From assembly GCA_012838315.1 (NCBI GenBank), contig DUPM01000025.1, forward strand, positions 1-24,000: a stretch of DNA of 24,000 nt, given 5' to 3'. Positions 7,394 to 14,401 of the stretch are shown piece after piece (position 1 is the first letter of the stretch; each line of letters opens with the position of its first letter). The notes beneath the pieces are model-generated. The model saw nothing but the letters and a program-made list of their open reading frames with translations, was not told the origin of the DNA and ran no database searches. Made by a program: the position numbers and the translations under genes. This DNA comes from Clostridiaceae bacterium (lineage in GTDB: Bacteria > Bacillota > Clostridia > Saccharofermentanales > Saccharofermentanaceae).

Positions 7394-8371
7394 CTACAAC
7401 ATCTGCTTCTTTTTTAAGATATATACAGCAGATATGATACTGACAATACCGGCAATCAGAACCATGACAAATGGTACCGGATTCGTTGAAAAATCCGGAT
7501 TCCACGGCATAGGTACGTTCTGTCCAAAAAAACTGCTGATAACCGTAGGAACAGATAATACGATAGTCGCCGCTGCCATAATTTTCATAATTAAGTTCAT
7601 ATTATTATTAATGATGGATGCATAAGCGTCCATCGTGCCATTGACAATTGACGCATAAATCTCAGCCATTTCACGGGCTTGCTTATACTCGATGATAACG
7701 TCTTCAAGGAGGCTCTCATCATCTTCATACTGTTTCACGACTCGCCCACGCATTAACTTCTCAAGCACCGCCTCGTTGGACTTCAAAGATGTTGAGAAGT
7801 AAACAAGCGATTTGCCGAGTTCTAATAACTTATACAAATCTTTGTTACTGATCGACTTAGCCAGTGCTCGCTCTGACGTCTCAAGCGTCTTGTCCATGTA
7901 ACGCAAAAGCTTCAAATAGTCTTTCGCAACAGAGAGAAGGATTTGAATCGCAAATCGCGTACGAAAATTAACGATAAAATCGCGAACTCTGTTCTCAATG
8001 AATGGATCTAATACCGACGCCTCACGCAAAGATACTGTCAGCAGATGCTTTTTGGTGATGATGATGCCAAGTGGCGATGTCTCATAATGTACCGAATTCT
8101 CTTCTTGGCGAGTACACGGGATATCGATAATTAAGAGAACATCCCCGGTATCCTCATCAACGTCAATTCTAGGACGCTCTTCTTCGTCTAAAGGATAGCG
8201 CAAAAATTCTTGAGGAACGGATGTCATTCGCTCAACTAAGGCAATCTCATCTTCAGTCGGCGCAAACATATTAATCCAACAATCGTCACGGACTTCATCA
8301 ATGCGTTCTATTCGATGAGCCGCCTTCTCTTTCAAACTTGACAGATGCTTGGTGACATAAATGTCAATCAT
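7394..8371 (-). CDS. corA: CorA-family (2-TM GxN) divalent-cation channel with GQN in place of GMN.
   Basis: The C-terminus has two TM helices flanking FFGQNVPMPW, compared with YGMNFEYMPEL in Thermotoga CorA, and ends in KKKQ. The start is reassigned to the ATG at 8371 (MIDIYVTKHL...), preceded by GGAGAGGAGG. The track ORF start at 8443 lies over the leader hairpin. Confidence 0.85.
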   Translation of the reverse strand: MIDIYVTKHLSSLKEKAAHRIERIDEVRDDCWINMFAPTEDEIALVERMTSVPQEFLRYPLDEEERPRIDVDEDTGDVLLIIDIPCTRQEENSVHYETSPLGIIITKKHLLTVSLREASVLDPFIENRVRDFIVNFRTRFAIQILLSVAKDYLKLLRYMDKTLETSERALAKSISNKDLYKLLELGKSLVYFSTSLKSNEAVLEKLMRGRVVKQYEDDESLLEDVIIEYKQAREMAEIYASIVNGTMDAYASIINNNMNLIMKIMAAATIVLSVPTVISSFFGQNVPMPWNPDFSTNPVPFVMVLIAGIVSIISAVYILKKKQML

Positions 8372-8408
8372 ACTTGCACCTCCTCTCCAGAAATCGAAAT
8401 TTTCACTC

Positions 8409-8444
8409 AAAAAAACGACGCAAGCGCTGATAATTTCTTGCATC
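8409..8444 (-). terminator. Intrinsic-terminator-like hairpin plus U7 in the dut-corA spacer (dut terminator or corA leader attenuator).
   Basis: Minus strand reads GAUGCAAG-aaauuaucagcg-CUUGCGUC-G-UUUUUUU. The stem is 8 bp including one G.U pair. The T-tract is at 8415..8409, only about 37 nt upstream of the corA ATG. Confidence 0.55.
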
Positions 8445-8459
8445 GGGATATCTTAGTGT

Positions 8460-8468
8460 ATTTTACCA
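8460..8468 (-). promoter_or_regulatory. Candidate extended -10 element (TGgTAAAAT) upstream of the corA leader hairpin.
   Basis: Minus strand reads tgGTAAAAT in the intergenic spacer 35-43 nt after the dut stop. The -35 region is poor (TGGAAT). Confidence 0.3.
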
Positions 8469-8502
8469 CCAAAAGGAAGACCATTCCAGCGTTTTGAGAA
8501 TT

Positions 8503-9003
8503 TTACATATCCTTAATGCCGGTCGATCCAAACCCACCGCTTCGGTCACTCCCGATGCCATCAAGAGATTCGAATTGAATAAACTCTGCCTTTTCTACCT
8601 TTGCAATAACCATTTGAGCAATTCTGTCTCCGACTCGAATATGATATGTGCCCTTCGGTGAGCCTTTTGCAGATAAATCATACACGACGTCATTGTCTGT
8701 AACATCAGACGCAGAGGTCGCATTACTAAGAATTACTTTAATCTCATCTCTGTAGCCGGGATCGATCGTACCCGGGCTGTTCGGAATTCTAAGCATTGTG
8801 TTGTATGACAGCCCGCTTCTAGGACGGATTTGGATCTCATATCCATCGGGAATCGCCGCCTTCAAGCCGGTAGGGACCAATACGGTTTCGCCCGGACGAA
8901 TAGTGACATCTTCAGCCGAATAAATATCCATTCCAACATCGTTATCATGTGCATAACGAGGTATTTTGGCATTGGGTCGAATCATAACCATAGGAATATT
9001 CAT
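8503..9003 (-). CDS. dut: dUTP diphosphatase (trimeric dUTPase).
   Basis: AHDNDVGMDIYS, IRPRSGLS, PGTIDPGYRDEI, GDRIAQMVI and a C-terminal RSGGFGSTG. RBS is GGAGG. Confidence 0.95.
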   Translation of the reverse strand: MNIPMVMIRPNAKIPRYAHDNDVGMDIYSAEDVTIRPGETVLVPTGLKAAIPDGYEIQIRPRSGLSYNTMLRIPNSPGTIDPGYRDEIKVILSNATSASDVTDNDVVYDLSAKGSPKGTYHIRVGDRIAQMVIAKVEKAEFIQFESLDGIGSDRSGGFGSTGIKDM

Positions 9004-9045
9004 AATTATCCTCCAATAGCGCTAATGTGTGAAAATAATAACAAG

Positions 9046-10641
9046 TTACACATCCGCGCTCATATCTGACAGAATTCTAAAAATTTGATGTTCACTTTCA
9101 TCAATGATACGAATCAATCGTAACACATTTAAACCTCGTTGCGAAAAATTGCGAACCAAAACCGAACGATCGTATTTTGATTTTCCGTAGAGTTCAGACG
9201 TGCAACTCATTGGTCGCAATATAAGACGAGCCATCTCTTCTTCCTGCCTCTGATTCTTCGTTACGTGAAAGGTGTTAGTCCCATTCGCGCAAGCCTTACA
9301 ACTTGGTGCATTTTTCCCAACAGGACAAAAGTGCGACAACATCCACTCAATCGGTCCATAGACTTGGATAAGAACCGGAATACCGGAGTGATCCAGATGA
9401 TAATTTAGAAGCTTTTCCAGCGAAGAATTATCAACTTCATGTGAAAACTCAATGGCATCCGGCTGTTTGTCTAAGATAACAGATAGCGAAGCAATATTTG
9501 TAATATTTGCATGGTGAGAAATAATATACGAAGTCCCATCGGTTGTCGGTGCATCCGTAATGTATCCCAAAAATTGATCACCATGACTTCTTGTTTTTGT
9601 ATTCATTTCGATTCGCATATCTCTGTCTTGCAAAAAACGAGATGACGAATTAAGTCTGATTGCGAAAGAATAGCCGGGATGATTCTTGAAAAAGTCATCT
9701 ATGCGTTTGTAAGTGTCGCCGCTCAGAATGTCAAATGCTGAAAATACATAAAACATTGTAGACGGTTCGATATCAGTAATACCATCGTTTATGGAGTGTA
9801 AATTTATGTATTCAACCGCAATTTTATAAGAGCACATATGACCATTTGTAACATCGGAACCGGACAACAAATTTTTCGGTGCGCACAGAAAATCAGATGT
9901 GTTGACACGAGTATTAGACTTATGACGTTTAAACGATGCAACATAAAGCGTCTCAAAAGATTGAAGCATAGTTCGACGGATATGATTTAATAAAGAAACC
10001 GGAGCTATAGGTAAATCACCTGAGAAATCCACTTCTGTGACACGAAAAGAAGTCCCGCCGGTCTTACTCATCTGCGAACGAATTCGATCTATGGATAAAG
10101 CACCGCCCGAATATGCAAGGTCAACAGAAAAATCTTTGCGAAGAGCGATTGTGTGGTCCGATTCAGATCGGACGGACACGATGATTTCAGAATCTCCCTG
10201 ATGGTATATCAATTGAAAAGATACAGGCAAACAAGAGGCTAAATCCATTGACACGGCTCTTTTTCGCGCAACAAGATAGAGCGAATATGATGGTTTTACA
10301 AGACGCAGCTGGTCCGGGTGTGCGCCATATAGACCCCACTTTGCGAATTGATCCGCAGGGGTCGGATGGTCCAATTTGCCCACTGGAAACGTGATGATGT
10401 CATTATTACCGTCACGAACCGCAACCGTATCGCCCACGTTGATTTGAAGCGATACTAACTCAGACGAGACAAACACCACTCCCTTATGGGGATGAACATC
10501 CACAATGCGACCGAAATAGACGCCGTAGTGGCTGACAAAATCACCACTATGTAAAAGACTTCCACGGTGGTCCTCATAATAATGCGACGAAAAATCGCCA
10601 CCTCGATTGAAGCTTAAGAGTAATTCGGTTTCATAATCCAT
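9046..10641 (-). CDS. C-terminal portion of a long-form U32 family protein (the post-barrel FNRGG/beta-barrel region, a DUF3656-like middle, and a Cys-rich C-terminal module), encoded as a separate ORF.
   Basis: It begins ...LLLSFNRGGDFSSHYY..SHYGVYFGRIVDV...GDTVAVRD, matching the segment that follows the catalytic barrel in long U32 proteins as I recall them (FNRGGFT.GY ... H.G..iG.V). The C-terminus, EWMLSHFCPVG...CKAC...LRLIRIIDESE, resembles the C-terminal module of those proteins. The start is uncertain: the ATG at 10641 has a weak SD, or a GTG at 10650 could be used. The track start at 10785 overlaps metY by 56 nt. Confidence 0.6.
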   Translation of the reverse strand: MDYETELLLSFNRGGDFSSHYYEDHRGSLLHSGDFVSHYGVYFGRIVDVHPHKGVVFVSSELVSLQINVGDTVAVRDGNNDIITFPVGKLDHPTPADQFAKWGLYGAHPDQLRLVKPSYSLYLVARKRAVSMDLASCLPVSFQLIYHQGDSEIIVSVRSESDHTIALRKDFSVDLAYSGGALSIDRIRSQMSKTGGTSFRVTEVDFSGDLPIAPVSLLNHIRRTMLQSFETLYVASFKRHKSNTRVNTSDFLCAPKNLLSGSDVTNGHMCSYKIAVEYINLHSINDGITDIEPSTMFYVFSAFDILSGDTYKRIDDFFKNHPGYSFAIRLNSSSRFLQDRDMRIEMNTKTRSHGDQFLGYITDAPTTDGTSYIISHHANITNIASLSVILDKQPDAIEFSHEVDNSSLEKLLNYHLDHSGIPVLIQVYGPIEWMLSHFCPVGKNAPSCKACANGTNTFHVTKNQRQEEEMARLILRPMSCTSELYGKSKYDRSVLVRNFSQRGLNVLRLIRIIDESEHQIFRILSDMSADV

Positions 10642-10729
10642 TGAAGTCACTATTCCACTGTCCTCGTCTTGGCGCTTCGATAAGACGGATGCCTTAAGAA
10701 AGCACAAGTAATGCTGTGCCTTTATCGTT

Positions 10730-12010
10730 TTAAATCTGAGACAACGCTTGATCAATATCTTGAATAATGTCTTTGACGCTTTCAATACCCACTGACAAAC
10801 GAATCATGTCTGAGCTGACACCGGCAATTGCCAAACCCTCTTCGGACAACTGACGATGCGTGTGACTTGCCGGATGCAAGACACAAGTTCTCGCATCGCA
10901 GACATGCGTCGCGATTGATGCAAGTGAGAGTGAATCCATAAATGTGACCGCAGCATCTCTGCCACCCTTGACACCAAAACTTAAAATTCCGGGAACACCA
11001 TACTTCAAATATTTGCGTGACAATGCGTGCTGAGAATCGCCTTCAAGCCCGGGATACTTGACCCAAGACACTTTAGGGTGATTATTGAGGTAGTTTGCAA
11101 CTTCAAGCGCATTCTGAGCATGCCGAGGCACACGAAGATGAAGCGTTTCAAGTCCAATGTTCAATAGAAACGCATTCATTGGTGCAGGAGATGATCCAAG
11201 ATCTCTCATTAATTGCGCTGTCGCCTTGGTCAGAAATGCAACTTTGCCGAAATCCTTGGTGTAAATCACGCCATGATATGAGTCATCCGGCTGTGTCAAT
11301 CCGCGAAAACGCTCCGGATGGGATGCCCAATCAAAACGACCGCTATCTACGATGCATCCACCGACACTCGTCGCGTGACCATCCATATACTTGGTCGTTG
11401 AGTGAATGACAATATCTGCACCCCACTCAATCGGCTTACACAATATGGGTGTTGGAAAAGTATTGTCGACAAAAAGAGGCAGTCCACAAGCATGTGCCGC
11501 ATTGGCAAAGGACTCGATATCTAAAACATTAAGCGCAGGATTTGCAACAGTCTCTCCGTATATCAATTTGGTATTTGGTCGGACTGCAGCTTTGATTGTC
11601 TCTTCATCTGAATCCGGCGGAATAAATGTCACTGATACACCCATTTTCTTGAGTGTTACAGAAAAGAGATTGAACGTTCCACCGTATAAAGCCGAGGCAC
11701 TTACGAAATGGTCTCCGGAGTCACAGATATTCATGATGGCGATAAATATGGCCGCCTGACCGGATGAAGTCAGCATGCCTCCTGATCCACCCTCGAGTGC
11801 TGCAATCTTGGCCGCTACAGCATCGCAAGTCGGATTGGCCAAACGAGTATAAAAATACCCGGGCTCTTGCAGAGCGAAAAGACGTCCCATCTGCTCTGTT
11901 GAATCATATTTGAAAGTTGTACTTTGGGTAATTGGCAAAACGCGCGGCTCACCATTGCCCGGATGATAACCAGCATGCAAACAATTGGTTTCAATACTGT
12001 AATCACTCAT
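10730..12010 (-). CDS. metY: O-acetylhomoserine sulfhydrylase / aminocarboxypropyltransferase (Cys/Met-metabolism PLP-dependent enzyme family).
   Basis: TNCLHAGY, YTRLANPT, the PLP-lysine motif HSTTKYMDGHATSVGG, and a C-terminal IRLSVGIE. The start is reassigned to the ATG at 12010 (MSDYS...), preceded by GAGGTG and a 7-nt spacer. Confidence 0.9.
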   Translation of the reverse strand: MSDYSIETNCLHAGYHPGNGEPRVLPITQSTTFKYDSTEQMGRLFALQEPGYFYTRLANPTCDAVAAKIAALEGGSGGMLTSSGQAAIFIAIMNICDSGDHFVSASALYGGTFNLFSVTLKKMGVSVTFIPPDSDEETIKAAVRPNTKLIYGETVANPALNVLDIESFANAAHACGLPLFVDNTFPTPILCKPIEWGADIVIHSTTKYMDGHATSVGGCIVDSGRFDWASHPERFRGLTQPDDSYHGVIYTKDFGKVAFLTKATAQLMRDLGSSPAPMNAFLLNIGLETLHLRVPRHAQNALEVANYLNNHPKVSWVKYPGLEGDSQHALSRKYLKYGVPGILSFGVKGGRDAAVTFMDSLSLASIATHVCDARTCVLHPASHTHRQLSEEGLAIAGVSSDMIRLSVGIESVKDIIQDIDQALSQI

Positions 12011-12060
12011 ATATATCACCTCGCTGACAAGTATTTATGGAATTTATGAATTATATCATA

Positions 12061-12891
12061 TTACGCGTTCACAGACGTCTCCGCAAGAATCTGATTGAGT
12101 AATCTTCGATATATTGATACAACGTTTCGAACATATTCCGGGCTTCGCATTCGGCCTTCAATCTTGAGTGAGTCAACGCCCATATGAACTAATTCGCCCA
12201 AGAAATGATAAAGACTTCGATCCTTAATCGAAAATACTGCGCCTTCAGATATTTTCCCAGATTGCCCCAAGATAGCATAATTCTCGCGACAAGGTTGCGC
12301 ACAATCACCGCGATTCCCGCTTCTCATTCCACCTTTGTTCATCGCGCTGAATAAACAAATACCCGAACAACTGACGCAATGTGCACCATGGACAAACACT
12401 TCCGTACCGATACTATATTCTTGAGATAACTTAATGGATGCCTTTATATCTTCTCGAGAGAACTCACGCGGAAGTACCCAGCGAGAAATACCCAATTGCT
12501 GAGCCAAATGAAACGAATCCTTGTTGTGGACGTTCATCTGTGTGCTGGCATGGATTTGAAGGTCTGGAAAAGACTCACTAACAAGCGCGCATAACCCTTT
12601 ATCTTGAATAATGACAGCATCAATGCCTTCGCGATATGCCTTGAGAACCGTATCCATCGCCTCATCAAATTCGTCGTCATGTATCAGCGTGTTAATCGCG
12701 AGATACGCTTTCACACCACGAGCATGACAATAATCCGAGACCATTCCTATTTGGTCTATCGAAAAATTATCTGCTTTGGCACGTGCGCTAAACTGCGACA
12801 CGCCAAAGTACACTGCATCAGCACCGGCAATAAGTGCTGACTGAAGCGCAAGCTCAGAACCGGCAGGTGCAAGAAGTTCAGTTGTCATCAT
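12061..12891 (-). CDS. U32 family protein, catalytic (beta/alpha) barrel half (peptidase U32 / RlhA-TrhP-UbiU-type Fe-S hydroxylase family).
   Basis: ELLAPAGS...GADAVYFG; the U32 signature EVFVHGAHCVSCSGICLFS....RSGNRGDCAQPCR (nt 12286..12402); VDSLKIEGRMRSPEYV. The start ATGATG at 12891/12888 overlaps the zapA-like stop (12878..12880). Confidence 0.85.
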   Translation of the reverse strand: MMTTELLAPAGSELALQSALIAGADAVYFGVSQFSARAKADNFSIDQIGMVSDYCHARGVKAYLAINTLIHDDEFDEAMDTVLKAYREGIDAVIIQDKGLCALVSESFPDLQIHASTQMNVHNKDSFHLAQQLGISRWVLPREFSREDIKASIKLSQEYSIGTEVFVHGAHCVSCSGICLFSAMNKGGMRSGNRGDCAQPCRENYAILGQSGKISEGAVFSIKDRSLYHFLGELVHMGVDSLKIEGRMRSPEYVRNVVSIYRRLLNQILAETSVNA

Positions 12892-13522
12892 TGATCTCAT
12901 CTTCTGAATCATTGTCTTCGGAGAAGCGAAAAACAAGCGACTCTAAAGGTAACGGCTCAATCTTGCTTAATGCTTCTGCGTCTTCTCTGGACTTGGAATT
13001 GTGTTCAATATGGTCCTTAAGACGAAGAATTTCTTTTTTCAGTTCCCAATTAATTTCGCGAATCTGAGCATAATCTGCTTTTAGGTTATCGATTTCACTT
13101 TGGAATCGACTCTGCAAGTCAGTCATCGTAAGCCGTTTATGTTCAGACTGATTCCATTCATCAATCGCGTTGATTAATGCCAAGACAAGTACGTTCGACA
13201 TGTGAAATCCCGGATGTGAATCGCTGATACTTTCTATCATTCGATTGGCCTGGTCGGCAATCATTTGAACATATGATTCTTGGTCGGGATCAGATACAGA
13301 TATTTTATGCTGCATTCCGGCAATATAAACGTCAATTTTGAAGGAATTCGGCTTATCTGAAGAAGGTTTAGAGGCTCGCTTATTCTTATACCGTTGTCGA
13401 TAGTTCACAATCTCTTTCGTTGAATCCTGCTCCGGTGTCTCTTTGGCCTTCTGAGGTTTGGATTTCTTCGCGGACTCGGAGTATTGCTTAAACAAACTGC
13501 CGGTATTACTGTGATATTCCAT
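12878..13522 (-). CDS. zapA: ZapA-like cell-division protein, extended form (basic N-terminal region, ZapA core, coiled coil, acidic tail).
   Basis: Core: KIDVYIAGMQHKISVSDPDQESYVQMIADQANRMIESI....SNVLVLALINAIDEW, which fits the ZapA pattern. RBS is GGAGGAGG. At 214 aa it is about twice the length of a typical ZapA. Confidence 0.65.
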   Translation of the reverse strand: MEYHSNTGSLFKQYSESAKKSKPQKAKETPEQDSTKEIVNYRQRYKNKRASKPSSDKPNSFKIDVYIAGMQHKISVSDPDQESYVQMIADQANRMIESISDSHPGFHMSNVLVLALINAIDEWNQSEHKRLTMTDLQSRFQSEIDNLKADYAQIREINWELKKEILRLKDHIEHNSKSREDAEALSKIEPLPLESLVFRFSEDNDSEDEINDDN

Positions 13523-13543
13523 GAGTCCTCCTCCACACTTTAC

Positions 13544-14401
13544 TTATGTATCTCTACTCATTGTAACATTCTCTTCGAAGAGAGAAGCATATAAACGGAG
13601 AAAATCTCGAGGTGCCATCGCTTCCGCTCGAATCGTATCTCGAATCCCCGAGTTAAGAAATGCTTTAGTGATTTGCTCGCGGGAAAAGGAAAAACTCGAG
13701 GCCAAAAGATTCTTGGAGATCGTTTTGCGACGCATGGCAAAGCAATGTTGAACAAATGCAACCAAGTTTTTCGATAGGAACGTTGACGTTTCATTTTTAT
13801 CAAATGCGATAACCAAAGATCGTGTTTGAGGCTGTGGGTCAAAACTTCGTTGGTCTACAACGAAGAGTTTCGACTTTTTGCCATAAATGGATGTCAGCAC
13901 GGAAAGCGGACCGTATGACTTTGTGTCAGGCACCGCAAATATTCGCGCTGAAGCATCTTCTTCTATCATAAAAACCATTTTCCTAGACTCCGAATAATCT
14001 TGAAGACATTTGATTATTAGCGGAGTCATAATATAATAAGGAAGATTTGAAACGATAATATCAACGGATTGATGCGCTGAAAGCCACTCGTCTCGTTTGA
14101 GCAATAAAAAATCTGACGCAACAAGCGAAAAGTTCGAAAAAACGGAAAATCGGTTTCGCAGTAAGGGATACAAATTCTCATCAATTTCAGATGCAAAAAC
14201 GCTTGCTCCCGTATGAATTAATAGTTCCGTCAATGCGCCTATACCGGGACCGATTTCCAAAACAACATCTTGAGCACGAATGCCGGCAGAATCAACAATT
14301 CTGCCGGCAACCGAATCGTTGCACAAAAAGTTTTGACCGAGAGATTTTCGGGCTTTCAAACCATATTGATCACAAAGCTCAGCAATCTCTTTTCGATTCA
14401 T
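13544..14401 (-). CDS. rsmA: 16S rRNA (adenine1518/1519-N6)-dimethyltransferase RsmA/KsgA.
   Basis: LGQNFL, the SAM motif VLEIGPGIGALTELL, and VSNLPYYI. The ATG overlaps the purL stop (ATGA at 14401). Confidence 0.95.
   Translation of the reverse strand: MNRKEIAELCDQYGLKARKSLGQNFLCNDSVAGRIVDSAGIRAQDVVLEIGPGIGALTELLIHTGASVFASEIDENLYPLLRNRFSVFSNFSLVASDFLLLKRDEWLSAHQSVDIIVSNLPYYIMTPLIIKCLQDYSESRKMVFMIEEDASARIFAVPDTKSYGPLSVLTSIYGKKSKLFVVDQRSFDPQPQTRSLVIAFDKNETSTFLSKNLVAFVQHCFAMRRKTISKNLLASSFSFSREQITKAFLNSGIRDTIRAEAMAPRDFLRLYASLFEENVTMSRDT

Noticed and set aside
8372-8443. N-terminal 24-codon extension of the corA ORF in the track.
   Set aside because: The extension has no RBS and covers the terminator-like hairpin and U-tract. 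The ATG at 8371 has GGAGAGGAGG upstream and begins a typical CorA N-terminus.
10642-10785. A 48-codon upstream extension of the U32 C-half ORF, overlapping the metY 3' end by 56 nt.
   Set aside because: A long out-of-frame overlap with a conserved enzyme's C-terminus is unlikely to be coding. It may only be an open relic of the former linker, and the start remains uncertain.
10642-12060. The idea that metY arrived on a mobile element.
   Set aside because: I could not find a transposase or integrase, terminal inverted repeats or flanking direct repeats. metY looks somewhat more GC-rich than the U32 C-half in the lines I counted, but so do other conserved genes such as purL, so composition is not diagnostic without computation.
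12011-12060. A SAM riboswitch or T-box upstream of metY, and an M-box upstream of corA (8372..8502).
   Set aside because: The spacers, 50 nt and 131 nt with roughly a 90-nt leader, are too short for these elements, and I see none of their conserved cores.
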